From: Idiomarina sp.
GTDB lineage: Bacteria; Pseudomonadota; Gammaproteobacteria; Enterobacterales; Alteromonadaceae
Direction: 5' to 3'
Length of the DNA stretch: 64,000 nucleotides
Assembly (NCBI RefSeq): GCF_048260185.1
Contig: NZ_JBLXHB010000004.1
Location: 88,622-152,621, forward strand
The translations under genes were made by a program, and so were the position numbers. The notes under the pieces were generated by a model. That model was not told the DNA's origin. It saw only the letters and a program-made list of their open reading frames with translations, and did not search any database. Shown one piece after another: positions 1-8,349 of this stretch (positions are counted from its first letter, which is position 1; each line of letters begins with the position of its first letter).

Positions 1-415
1 CATATTTTATCGAGTGAACATTTTTGAGCAATGATGCAAACTCAGCCTCGTCAATATCACACGTGAAAAAATTTCGATAAATATATTTTTTACCGCTAGA
101 TAAAACCAGACTTACTCCTAAAAAGCCGAATTTGGAGTGGACTAATCCTGACTCTACCTCATCAAAGTTAATAGCCACTGCTTCGCTAAACTGTATGTGT
201 TGTTTTTTAAAGTCAAAGATTATTTTTGATGGGTAATTCTTCGTGGAAAAAATAATAGCAACGGCCCATACTATGGTAATTGGGCTAAATACTATCAAAA
301 AGAAAGCTTTAGCTAGCAAATCTTTGGGGGTTATATCAAGCGTTAGGAATGCTATTAGGCCAGTAACTGAAACCAAAACTAGTACAACAGTTTGAGGGTT
401 ATAGCACTTTTTCAT
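1..415 (-). CDS. hypothetical membrane protein; 3' part runs off the window start (absent from supplied ORF track)
   Basis: Reverse-strand ATG at 415-413 opens a frame that I translated without stops to base 1 (MKKCYNPQTVVLVLVSVTGLIAF...AVAIIFSTKNY...). It has two hydrophobic segments and is AT-rich. No family recognised. Confidence 0.35.
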   Translation of the reverse strand, partial: MKKCYNPQTVVLVLVSVTGLIAFLTLDITPKDLLAKAFFLIVFSPITIVWAVAIIFSTKNYPSKIIFDFKKQHIQFSEAVAINFDEVESGLVHSKFGFLGVSLVLSSGKKYIYRNFFTCDIDEAEFASLLKNVHSIKY

Positions 416-603
416 CAATGAGACCTGGTTCAATTTATCTGCCACCTTTGAACCTAAAAATTATCGGGTTTGTGAATCGCCATTGGATTTTATACACCAA
501 GAAAGTCCTCGTGAATAACTGCAACTGTTAACCTCACTATATTTCTTCGCAATTTATTTTCAGACGCTTTTGAGCAAAACCGGACCTTCGGTTTCTATCT
601 AAT

Positions 604-1047
604 TCAACTGCGCTGATCTTTTGATGATTCCATCACAACCATTGTGGTGATGGCATTGACATGTGGGCACTCACCCAGCACGTTGGAGTGTATGCGTTGA
701 AAATGTTTGAGGTCAGTTGCCTCAACGCGTAACAGATATTCGTGGGTTCCTGTTACGTTGTGGCACTCAACGACTTCGGGTACATCTGCAACGTGTTGCT
801 CAAAAGCTAGCTGCGAGCTTCTGCGGTGGTCACTTAAGCCAATGGTGACGAATGCGACAAAACCGATTTGGAGCTGCTCAGGGTCTAAAATTACGCGATA
901 GCCTTTGATAACGCGCTTGCGTTCAAGTTCCTGTACTCGCCGAAATGTTGCCGACGGCGATAATCCAATACGCTCTGACAGTTTGATATTGGAAATTCGC
1001 CCATCGCTTTTCAGTTCTTGCAATATCTTTTCGTCAAACTTATCCAT
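604..1047 (-). CDS. Lrp/AsnC-family transcriptional regulator
   Basis: 147 aa. N-terminal HTH (MDKFDEKILQELKSDGRISNIKLSERIGLSPSATFRRV) followed by an AsnC-type ligand-binding domain. Divergent from a LysE-family exporter, the classical pairing. Confidence 0.85.
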   Translation of the reverse strand: MDKFDEKILQELKSDGRISNIKLSERIGLSPSATFRRVQELERKRVIKGYRVILDPEQLQIGFVAFVTIGLSDHRRSSQLAFEQHVADVPEVVECHNVTGTHEYLLRVEATDLKHFQRIHSNVLGECPHVNAITTMVVMESSKDQRS

Positions 1048-1122
1048 ATGAGAATATTATTTCTTAATTTTCTACCTTAGTGGCAATAAAAGCACAAAAT
1101 TTCATAGTATTCCAGTTATTCT

Positions 1123-1740
1123 ATGCGCCATATCTTACTGGAAAAGGTTGCTGTCATGGATCAGTCATTACTGGCGCTTTTGCTGTTCGCTTTCGTTTCT
1201 ACCTTTACACCCGGCCCTAATAACATGATGTTGATGGCCTCGGGTGCCAACGTAGGCTTTAGACGGACTATCCCCCATATGTTGGGTGTTATCTTTGGCT
1301 TTGGCCTTATGATTTTTTTAGTGGGACTGGGTTTAGCCGAGGTTTTTAAGACTTTCCCTAAAATTCATGATGCGCTGCGCGTGATTTGTGGCGTGTTTCT
1401 AGTTTACATTGCATTAAAAATTGCGCGTAGTCGTCCGCAAGTGGAGAGCGCTTCATATCAGCCGATGACGTTCTCGGCCGCTGTTTTATTTCAATGGATA
1501 AATCCAAAAGGTTGGACGATGGCTTTATCGGCGGTGAGCCTTTATAACCCGACAGCAAGTTTGTTTGGACTGACTTTGGTCACACTGGCGTTTATATTTG
1601 TGAATATGCCTTCCGCCTCTATTTGGGCGTACGCAGGCAAGAAAATCAGTCGAGTGTTAAAGCAGGAATTGCACATGCGCCTTTTTAACTGGAGTATGGC
1701 GTTGATCTTGGTCTGCTCTACTTTGCCGATGCTGGTTTAA
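1123..1740 (+). CDS. LysE/RhtB-family amino-acid exporter
   Basis: About six hydrophobic helices and the N-terminal signature FxxTPGPNNMML typical of the LysE/RhtB family. The real start may be the internal MDQSLLALLLF at 1171 (17th codon of the ORF). Confidence 0.8.
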   Translation: MRHILLEKVAVMDQSLLALLLFAFVSTFTPGPNNMMLMASGANVGFRRTIPHMLGVIFGFGLMIFLVGLGLAEVFKTFPKIHDALRVICGVFLVYIALKIARSRPQVESASYQPMTFSAAVLFQWINPKGWTMALSAVSLYNPTASLFGLTLVTLAFIFVNMPSASIWAYAGKKISRVLKQELHMRLFNWSMALILVCSTLPMLV

Positions 1741-1958
1741 TGGTCTGCGGTTTTCAGTAGTAGTATATAGAGATAACTTACGGCAGAAAATTGCTTATTT
1801 TGCTGCAGACCCATCCTCGGAGATGCTCGAAAAAAATTAATGATTTCTCGGAAACAATAGAGAAGCCCCGCTGAAGATTAAACCGTACGTAGCTAAAGCG
1901 CCAATGTCCGCTGTTGGCACAAAGCGGAACTAACCCGTATAAACGCTCTCCCTGAAAG

Positions 1959-1963
1959 TTACC
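1959..1963. repeat. left copy of 5-bp target-site duplication TTACC
   Basis: TTACC lies immediately outside the left terminal TGTGAAG. An identical TTACC lies immediately outside the right terminus at 29679-29683. 5 bp is the Tn7-family duplication length. Confidence 0.75.
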
Positions 1964-2022
1964 TGTGAAGTGACAATATAGTTTGTACATTAAATAAAAA
2001 AATGACAATAAAGTTTGCACAC
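1964..2022 (+). repeat. Tn7-like left end with two putative TnsB-binding repeats
   Basis: The terminal repeat 1964-1991 contains AGTTTGTACAT. A second copy, ATAAAGTTTGCACAC, lies at 2007-2022. The same ATAAAGTTTGCAC core occurs inverted at the right end. Confidence 0.75.
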
Positions 2023-2129
2023 TGAGTGGAGAGTAACACTAACTTCTTTGTTGACTGTTAAGTGCCAGGAGCGGACCTTCAGTAACGCTGCGTTTACCGG
2101 CTTGTCTAGTGCAACGACTTGTTAAAAGT

Positions 2130-2843
2130 TTACCTAGAAGGGCCACCCCGATATGGGCTTGACTCATCATCTTCGGGTGATGGTTTGCTATTTTTAGGTT
2201 CAGGCGATTTACTAAGACTCAGTTTGTTCGAGAACTCAATAAGCTCAGCTACAGTTGAAAAAATTCTTAAGTCTACCCCATGTTCAGGGTCAAAAGTTAA
2301 ATGGACTCCATAAAAACTAGAATCCCCATCATCACCTGCGATATTTGATAGTTCGTTTATGTATGCCTCAAAACTCTCATTACTTACCCCAGCTTTAATA
2401 TCTAAGAAATCATCAACAAACTCCGGTATCCACCTTTCATTATTACCATCAAAATGCTTATTAAATAACGCGCAGACCGTAGGAAGGTATGTATCAATTT
2501 TCACCCTAAGCCTATTGTCTTTTGAGTTCTCAAGCCGCCAAGCAATGAAGTGAGCATTTAGTGAATTAGAAAGGTTAGCATCGCTTATGATGTTGCATAG
2601 TTTATTTCTTAATGGTTTTCGTGACTCTGATGATATTTCAGATTTAAACTCTTTAAATTCTATAAGTATATTTTTAGCATTAACCCCTGCAAAATAGTCG
2701 GCATATTTCCTATCTTGACTTCCATTAAATGCGCCGTAAGCATAGGGAAACTCAGCGCCAAATTTTCTACCTATCTTAAACTTTAAATGCTCAACAAATG
2801 CTTGCTGAACTTGAGCTTCACCTATTTTAGTTTTAGGCTCCAT
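2130..2843 (-). CDS. hypothetical protein with PD-(D/E)xK-like motif (possible nuclease-fold protein)
   Basis: 237-aa ORF. 'ADYFAG...NILIEFKEFK' gives a D...ExK arrangement. The C-terminal tail is low-complexity and acidic/Pro-rich. No confident family. Confidence 0.5.
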   Translation of the reverse strand: MEPKTKIGEAQVQQAFVEHLKFKIGRKFGAEFPYAYGAFNGSQDRKYADYFAGVNAKNILIEFKEFKSEISSESRKPLRNKLCNIISDANLSNSLNAHFIAWRLENSKDNRLRVKIDTYLPTVCALFNKHFDGNNERWIPEFVDDFLDIKAGVSNESFEAYINELSNIAGDDGDSSFYGVHLTFDPEHGVDLRIFSTVAELIEFSNKLSLSKSPEPKNSKPSPEDDESSPYRGGPSR

Positions 2844-3009
2844 ATATATCCCTATTTTCTGTAAGTTTAACGTCTAGCGTCACTTGCAAGCTAGACTACC
2901 TTGTAACGTCAGAAAGTCCAATGTCTGCTTTTCGCTCACAGCAGACTGTCAGGTTAGTGCCAGGAGCGGACGTTGACGTCGGCAGCAGAGGTGCGAGCTT
3001 GCGAGCATC

Positions 3010-3486
3010 CTACTGACTGCCTTTGTTAAGCGAGCTTCTTATCTCTTCCAACTCTAAATTCAGCTCTTCCAGTTTTCCTTCTTTGTCGATATCTGTATCA
3101 ATTGGTGAAGTTACGCTTGCCGCTTTAATGAAAAAATAAAATGCGCCAATGAAGCCAACAACTCCAAAAGTTGGGATGACGGACATGGTCACCAAACCTA
3201 GTGTAAGCCAGATCAATCCTTTGATGAGCTCACGATGTGCAGCATATATAAGAGCCGAGAAATATGTAGAACGTTCTGCACCTTCAGAAGTTAACGCCTT
3301 ATACTTAGTTACCTGATATATAAGGAGTCTCTTCTTAGAAACAAGCGATCGCTTAGCATACTTGGCGTTCAGTTTACCGTAAGCAAGTGGCGCATATTTC
3401 AAAATAAGCCAAAACAAAAAAGCCCCAACGACGCTTTGAAATACTGGCTTCCACCATTCATTAAAAATCTCTTGAATTTCTACCAA
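3010..3486 (-). CDS. hypothetical small membrane protein
   Basis: 158-aa ORF with 3-4 hydrophobic helices (VVGAFLFWLILKYAPLA; LIWLTLGLVTMSVIPTFGVVGFIGAFYFFI). Sits between attC-like elements. Confidence 0.55.
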   Translation of the reverse strand: MVEIQEIFNEWWKPVFQSVVGAFLFWLILKYAPLAYGKLNAKYAKRSLVSKKRLLIYQVTKYKALTSEGAERSTYFSALIYAAHRELIKGLIWLTLGLVTMSVIPTFGVVGFIGAFYFFIKAASVTSPIDTDIDKEGKLEELNLELEEIRSSLNKGSQ

Positions 3487-3506
3487 AGTACCTATCCTTA
3501 ATTTTC

Positions 3507-3577
3507 GCTTAACGCCGCGCTCTGCGGCAAATTTGGAACGCAGCGGAAAATTTGTCCGACAGCAGCGCCTTGTTACG
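3507..3577 (-). other. attC-like recombination site (~71 bp)
   Basis: Read on the gene strand, it begins 6 nt after the stop of 3582..4574 with ACGTAAC and ends with GTTAAGC, which fits GTTRRRY. The arms AAGGCGCTGCTGTCGGAC and GCCGCAGAGCGCGGC pair imperfectly, with two extra bases in the stop-proximal arm. Confidence 0.55.
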
Positions 3578-3581
3578 TTTT

Positions 3582-4574
3582 TTAGTACAGATCCACGCTA
3601 TCGATTTCGCATTCCGCACTACTTATTTTTGCGCTCGTGACCTCTTGATAAGACCCAAATGAAAAGTTGAAATTAAGAGTTTCGCTATCACTATCGTGAG
3701 CATAGAGATCGTGAGACTCATCTCCATAACTTGAGTCTGATTGAGTTGAATACGTGTTTCTACCCTTATATTCAATCTCAACTGTGCACTCGACTTCAAC
3801 GTCTAGGTATGCACCGCCGCTATAATCGGTGTTTACTTCATAGTTAAGCGAAACGTCACAATCATTATAATAATTACCAGAATAGCTTTCGTTACAATCA
3901 ATATCGCCCCCAGTAATTTCAACACAAACTTCAGCGTTTGTTTTGTACTCTGTATCGCAGTCGTCACCACTTACGCCCTGAGCTCTTCGACGCTGCATTT
4001 CAGCAATAGCGGCTTTTTCCAACTCAATTTGCCTTTGAAGCTCTTGCTGTGTCATAGCCTTGCATGAGCTTCCAACTTTCTTGAAACCTCGATTACATTT
4101 CCAGCCACTACCATAAATGTCGATACTCGCGTTTTCGGGAACTTGAACTTTTACACATTTATTGCCGAACTTGTAATAGCCCCTATTGCACTTCCAGCCA
4201 CTGCCGTAAACATCAATCCCCGCGTTTTCAGGAACTTGAACCTTTACACAGGTATTGCCTGATTTGTAATAGCCCCTATTGCACTTCCAGCCACTACCGT
4301 AAACATCAATGCCTGCGTTTTTAGGGACTTGAACCTCTACACAGGTGTTGCCTGATTTGTAATAGCCCCTATTACACTTCCAGCCACTGCCGTAAACATC
4401 AAGACCAGCATTTTCTGGTATTTGAACTTTTTCGCATTTATTGCCTGACTTGTAATATCCTCGATCACACTTCCAACCACTGCCGTATGGATTCTCTGAA
4501 GCATGCTCTGGAAGACTTTGAGACCAGGATAGAGACGCGAAGCACATGCAAAAAATTATTAATAATATTCTCAT
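3582..4574 (-). CDS. secreted Cys-rich tandem-repeat protein
   Basis: 330 aa with a signal peptide (MRILLIIFCMCFASLSWSQS). Carries about 4.7 tandem 31-aa repeats, YGSGWKCNRGYYKSGNxCVKVQVPENAGIDV, with 2 Cys each. A coiled-coil-like segment and an acidic Cys-containing C-terminal domain follow. Confidence 0.7.
   Translation of the reverse strand: MRILLIIFCMCFASLSWSQSLPEHASENPYGSGWKCDRGYYKSGNKCEKVQIPENAGLDVYGSGWKCNRGYYKSGNTCVEVQVPKNAGIDVYGSGWKCNRGYYKSGNTCVKVQVPENAGIDVYGSGWKCNRGYYKFGNKCVKVQVPENASIDIYGSGWKCNRGFKKVGSSCKAMTQQELQRQIELEKAAIAEMQRRRAQGVSGDDCDTEYKTNAEVCVEITGGDIDCNESYSGNYYNDCDVSLNYEVNTDYSGGAYLDVEVECTVEIEYKGRNTYSTQSDSSYGDESHDLYAHDSDSETLNFNFSFGSYQEVTSAKISSAECEIDSVDLY
4053..4487 (-). repeat. 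tandem 93-bp coding repeats (about 4.7 copies)
   Basis: CCACTGCCGTAAACATCAA-type strings recur with a 93-bp period (for example near 4199, 4292 and 4385). This matches the 31-aa protein repeat. Confidence 0.85.
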
Positions 4575-4588
4575 CTATGTCTCATTAA

Positions 4589-4689
4589 ACATAACGCCGT
4601 GTTAAGCGGCAAACAAAGGTTGGCTATAATTAGCGAAGAATGAGCGCAAGCCAACCTTTATGCGTCCGCCCTTAAATACTTTGTTATAT
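4589..4689 (-). other. attC-like recombination site (~101 bp)
   Basis: On the gene strand it starts directly after the stop of 4690..5286 (tga ATATAAC...) and ends GGCGTTATGT. Outer arms are AAAGTATTTAAGGGCGGACGC / GCCGCTTAACACGGC. A perfect inner stem AAAGGTTGGCT...AGCCAACCTTT is also present. Architecture matches the site at 3507-3577. Confidence 0.5.
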
Positions 4690-5286
4690 TCACTTATTAG
4701 GATTAAAACCAAGAACACCGATAAGAAAGCTATCGTTTAACTCACGATGAATACGGGAAACTTCATTATGAATTTTTTGTCCTTTAAGCTCTGCAATTGG
4801 CTTTTGTTTTAATAGGAAATCCATCACTTCAAACATATCTTTTAAGCAGGTTTTGTTTGAAATAAGCTTTGTCTTTTTGAAGTTATATATTTCCATATTT
4901 ATAGAAATAGGCAGCGCAGCAATTTGCAAATTTTTCTTTAAGAGCTCACTAGCGCCAGGAGAATTAAGAATGGAACATACAGTTTTATAGACACTTTCTA
5001 AGTTGTTTAAATATACATCAGCATCTTTTTCGGCTTTAAACTTGGAATCGCCCTCAACTTCTTCGAGGTTATCTTGCGTTACAAGAGCCTTAGTTGCGAA
5101 ATAGTATTGCATTACCGCAACAAACAACCTCTTTGTAGCCTCTCCGTACCTATTCCCGATAGTTAACTTAGCCGTTAAATAGGCAACTATTAGTGAAGCG
5201 ATGATTGAAGCTAAGACTGACAAATTAAATGCTTCCAATGATGAATTCTCCTGTGAATATAACATTTGTATATTGTGCGTGCGCAT
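4690..5286 (-). CDS. hypothetical protein with N-terminal transmembrane helix
   Basis: 198-aa ORF with the TM segment LSVLASIIASLIVAYLTA. The first 7 codons overlap a conserved non-coding block, so the start is more likely the second Met at 5265. Confidence 0.5.
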   Translation of the reverse strand: MRTHNIQMLYSQENSSLEAFNLSVLASIIASLIVAYLTAKLTIGNRYGEATKRLFVAVMQYYFATKALVTQDNLEEVEGDSKFKAEKDADVYLNNLESVYKTVCSILNSPGASELLKKNLQIAALPISINMEIYNFKKTKLISNKTCLKDMFEVMDFLLKQKPIAELKGQKIHNEVSRIHRELNDSFLIGVLGFNPNK

Positions 5287-5650
5287 TTAGAAGCTCGTCC
5301 AATTGCTAGTCTTCTGTTCTTGACTTACTGATCAAGCAAGCATTCCTGATTTGAAAGGTTCCGAGCTAGAAAAGGCAATTTGAGCATGCTCAGTTACACT
5401 CTATAGGGCTCACAATATCCAACCTTTATTTTTGTTATGTTATTGACATTAAACGACTTAAATACACAATACAACAAAGTGCGCAATATTTCCGAAGTGA
5501 AGTTGCCGTGTATCGCTAGCGACATCCACTCTTACTAATAACGGGACGTCTAGTCACTAGTTGGAGTAAGCTGAAAGTCAGAAGGTCTGTTTCTCGCTCG
5601 TTGCTGAACTTCGGTTTCGTGCCAACAGCGGACGTTGAGCTTCTCTTTCG
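5261..5650 (-). repeat. copy A of a ~470-nt conserved non-coding module; interrupted by IS3 and continuing at 6909-6950
   Basis: Block-wise homology to 9586-10050. Shared strings include TTTG(T/A)ATATTGTGCGTG, T(T/A)ATTGACA(T/C)TAAACGAC(T/C)TAAATAC, TGCCGT..ATCG.TAGC.ACAT and GTTGCTGAACTTCGGTTTCGTGCCAA. Stop codons occur in all frames. Confidence 0.7.
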
Positions 5651-5697
5651 TAGATTCCAATTTGGAATGCCCCCAGTATCATTGACACCCTGACGCC

Positions 5698-6504
5698 TCA
5701 AAATGAGGCTTGCTCAAACTGCTCGGGGCTGATGCCACCGAGGTGACTATGTCGCCGTTTCCGGTTGTAGAATACTTCAATGTAATCAAAAATGTCAGCT
5801 CGCGCTAATTCTCGCGTTTTATAGACCCGTTTTTTAACCCGCTCTTTCTTTAAACTACTAAAGAAAGACTCTGCAACGGCGTTATCCCAACAGTTAGCCC
5901 GACGACTCATGCTGGGCTCTAAGTTATTAGACTTACAAAACCGGAACCAATCATCGCTTCCGTATTGTGACCCCTGATCAGAATGCACTAATACTGAGGA
6001 GGTCGGTTTTCGACGCCACACAGCCATCAACAGAGCGTCTAGAACAATTTCTTTAGCGAGACTAGGCTTCATCGACCATCCAACAATATTACGGGCGTAA
6101 AGATCCATGACAACCGCAAGAAAAAGCCAGCCCTGCCAAGTCCGGATATAGGTAATATCAGTTACCCAGGCTTGATTAGGTCGTGCCACGGTGAATTCCC
6201 GCTGTAATAGGTTAGGAGTCACAATAGCTGGCCGGCCGGCTCCGTATCGAAATCTCTTATATCCCCTTGAGGCCTTGATATTATGTGCATTCATAATTTT
6301 TAAAACACGATTTTTACCAACCGACTCGCCGAGCTCGCACAAATCCAAATGAATGCGCCGATAGCCGTAAACACCGCAACTGGCGCTATGCGAATCTTTT
6401 ATTAAGGGGAGCAACCGACGATCTTCCAAGGCACGATCAGATAACGGTTTATCGATCCAGAAATAGAAACCTGCACGCGCAACCTCAAGAACTCGACACA
6501 TCAA
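5698..6504 (-). CDS. IS3-family transposase OrfB (DDE/rve), expressed as an OrfAB fusion by -1 frameshift
   Basis: The -1 frame continues from the slippery site as KKGRKVLCKPARVKYQFINEHRRIHSIALMCRVLEV..., so the OrfB frame is open upstream of the listed Met. An rve-type DDE core is present (WVTDITYI...HSDQGSQY...ESFFSSLKKE). Confidence 0.85.
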   Translation of the reverse strand: MMCRVLEVARAGFYFWIDKPLSDRALEDRRLLPLIKDSHSASCGVYGYRRIHLDLCELGESVGKNRVLKIMNAHNIKASRGYKRFRYGAGRPAIVTPNLLQREFTVARPNQAWVTDITYIRTWQGWLFLAVVMDLYARNIVGWSMKPSLAKEIVLDALLMAVWRRKPTSSVLVHSDQGSQYGSDDWFRFCKSNNLEPSMSRRANCWDNAVAESFFSSLKKERVKKRVYKTRELARADIFDYIEVFYNRKRRHSHLGGISPEQFEQASF

Positions 6505-6548
6505 AGCAATCGAATGAATGCGCCGATGCTCATTGATGAACTGGTACT

Positions 6549-6854
6549 TTACTCTGGCTGGCTTGCAAAGTACCTTGCGGCCTTTTTTAGAATGTCCCGC
6601 TCTTCCTCAGTACGTTTTAGGTCTGAACGTAGTTTCAGTATTTCTTTTTTAGCCTCTATCAGTTCATCGTCCTTTTGCTTGGAGGGGGTCGGGTTGGCTG
6701 CTTTTACCCACTTATAGAGACTGTGTTGAGATACCCCCAAGTTCGCAGAAACTTCAGCAACGGTGTACCCTCGTTCTATCACTTGACGGACTGCTTCATC
6801 CTTAAATTCTGGACTGTATCGTTGGTTGTTCATAAACTTTCCTCCTATGCTCAA
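6549..6854 (-). CDS. IS3-family transposase OrfA (HTH)
   Basis: 101 aa. YSPEFKDEAVRQVIERGYTVAEVSANLGVSQHSLYKWVK is a typical IS3 OrfA HTH. A leucine-zipper-like C-terminus ends at the frameshift window. Confidence 0.85.
   Translation of the reverse strand: MSIGGKFMNNQRYSPEFKDEAVRQVIERGYTVAEVSANLGVSQHSLYKWVKAANPTPSKQKDDELIEAKKEILKLRSDLKRTEEERDILKKAARYFASQPE
6582..6588 (-). promoter_or_regulatory. programmed -1 ribosomal frameshift heptamer A_AAA_AAG
   Basis: On the gene strand the orfA frame reads ...ATT CTA AAA AAG GCC.... The canonical IS3-family slippery heptamer is in the correct phase. Confidence 0.7.
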
Positions 6855-7045
6855 ATAATAGTCAGGAATTGTCTATGATTCTCGGTCCACTCCAATTGGA
6901 ATGGTTCAGTGTCTAGTAAACTAGTACCGACTCAGTTAATCTTGACAGCCTAGACTATGAGCATAACAAGAGCTGTATAGTTAATTGGAAAAATAGGACG
7001 CAAGTTTTCATTCAGTGGGTATTAAATACTAAAGGATTTATAGAC

Positions 7046-7405
7046 ATGCTATGCCATCAAACTAAACCTTTTATCTTAAATTTTGCAACCAAGCGAGAAC
7101 TCTCACAGTCTCCGGAAATTGGTGGTTTTTACTCGGAACAAGCTGATATGTGGTTCGATGCAGAGTCCATGATGCCGGCAATTGATTCATTAGCGTTCAA
7201 CAGTGCGGAGCTAAATACAAAGACGAAAGTCGATGTTGAGAGAGACGATGAAAGTCCATACGCCCTCGAAATGATGACTAAGACCAAGGTGCATGAAGAG
7301 AGTGACGATACCGATTTAAGATCCTGCATCTTGAATAGTTTACTAACGAAAACTGACGTGGCGCAAGAAAAGGACGATAACTCGATGAGTCCTTATGACC
7401 TATGA
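7046..7405 (+). CDS. putative graspetide (omega-ester/amide RiPP) precursor with three core repeats
   Basis: 119 aa. The leader contains KPFILNF, resembling the microviridin-type PFFARFL recognition motif. Three repeats are present: TKTKVDVERDDES, TKTKVHEESDDTD and TKTDVAQEKDDNS (nt 7217-7384). They are rich in Thr/Lys donors and Asp/Glu acceptors. The stop overlaps the ATP-grasp start (ATGA). Confidence 0.6.
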   Translation: MLCHQTKPFILNFATKRELSQSPEIGGFYSEQADMWFDAESMMPAIDSLAFNSAELNTKTKVDVERDDESPYALEMMTKTKVHEESDDTDLRSCILNSLLTKTDVAQEKDDNSMSPYDL

Positions 7406-8349
7406 TTCTTTTGGTCACGAATAAGAGGGATATTACGACCGACTATATTGTCCGTGAATTGCGTAAAAGAGAAGTCGACTACTATCGGTTAAATACAGAG
7501 TCATTAGCGAATTACGAATGCTCTATTGGCTATGAAAACATGGATGATTGGCGGATTGGGTACATTAACGGCAGCCAGGTTCAATCTGCCTATTTTCGAA
7601 GACCTTCCTCCCCTGAGTATACAAACTCATCAGAGACCAGTGAAAATGAATACATTGCATCAGAATGGTTGGCTTTTTTAAAAAGTATTTACGCTCGACT
7701 CGAAGGTAAGTGGTTCAACTCACCAGTATCGATAGCACTTGCAGAAGATAAGCCGAAGCAATTGCTCTTAGCGAAGGAAGCGCGCTTCAGAGTACCCAAC
7801 GGTTTAATTACTAACGTTGCTAACGATATTATTCAGAAAACAGGGAGCAATGGGCTTATCATTAAGCCTGTAAGGCAAGGTCTAATCGAAGGTAAAGATG
7901 ACAAGGTGATTTTTACCAGCAGAATCCCTGAAGTAAACACTGCACATGCTTCAGCTATTTCCCAGGTTCCCTCAATTTTTCAACAAGAAATCATTAAGAA
8001 GTTCGATGTAAGAGTTACTGTGGTTGGAAAGCAGATTTTTCCAGTCGCAATTTGGTCGCAGGATGCAGAGCAAACGAGAGTAGATTGGCGTAAAGGAGGG
8101 AGGATAGATTTGCGTCATCAAGTTATCGAACTACCGACAGGCGTAGCTGCATCATGTATTGAGCTAACATCAAAGTTAAATTTGAAGTTTGGCGCTATTG
8201 ACCTGATATGTGATCAAGAAGATAACTATTGGTTTTTGGAAATAAATCCAAACGGACAATGGGCGTGGATTGAGAATCAGACAAATTTACCCATCGCTTC
8301 TACAATCGTAGATGAGTTAGTTGCCTGTCGGAGAAAACATGAACTTTGA
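7402..8349 (+). CDS. ATP-grasp ligase, microviridin MdnB/MdnC-like (graspetide macrocyclase)
   Basis: 315 aa. The N-terminus MILLVTNKRDITTDYIVRELRKREVDYYRLNTE matches the MvdD/MdnC-type pre-ATP-grasp domain. The C-terminus GAIDLICDQEDNYWFLEINPNGQWAW is the ATP-grasp Mg/ATP-binding motif. Translationally coupled to the precursor. Confidence 0.75.
   Translation: MILLVTNKRDITTDYIVRELRKREVDYYRLNTESLANYECSIGYENMDDWRIGYINGSQVQSAYFRRPSSPEYTNSSETSENEYIASEWLAFLKSIYARLEGKWFNSPVSIALAEDKPKQLLLAKEARFRVPNGLITNVANDIIQKTGSNGLIIKPVRQGLIEGKDDKVIFTSRIPEVNTAHASAISQVPSIFQQEIIKKFDVRVTVVGKQIFPVAIWSQDAEQTRVDWRKGGRIDLRHQVIELPTGVAASCIELTSKLNLKFGAIDLICDQEDNYWFLEINPNGQWAWIENQTNLPIASTIVDELVACRRKHEL

Larger units (their letters stand above)
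5651..6908 (-). mobile_element. IS3-family insertion sequence (boundaries +/- a few bp)
   Basis: orfA + orfB with a -1 frameshift site. Imperfect ~40-bp IRs: TGAACCATTCCAATTGGAGTGGACCGAGAATCAT (rc of 6875-6908) versus TAGATTCCAATTTGGAATGCCCCCAGTATCAT (5651-5682). It splits a module that is continuous in copy B. I could not identify a clean TSD. Confidence 0.85.

Noticed and set aside
1778-2020. 80-aa minus-strand ORF in the supplied track
   Set aside because: It spans the transposon left terminus (1964), so it fuses native and element DNA. It has no RBS or family signal and is most likely fortuitous.
1906-2076. Long imperfect palindrome flanking the transposon left end, which would imply insertion into a hairpin or attC
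   Set aside because: Only the 15-nt GTCCGCT..TGGCAC motif and a 6-nt CTCTCC block match between the arms, and the ~26-28 nt between them do not align. The TSD at the yhiN side explains the insertion without it.
5261-5650. Group II (IIC-attC) intron or intron remnant as an explanation for the conserved non-coding module
   Set aside because: A GTGCG string is conserved near one end. However, I could not find a conserved domain-V-like 34-nt hairpin in either copy, the module is too short (~470 nt), and there is no IEP ORF.
5516-5701. 61-aa ORF overlapping the conserved module and the IS end
   Set aside because: It crosses the IS boundary and is not conserved in copy B of the module.
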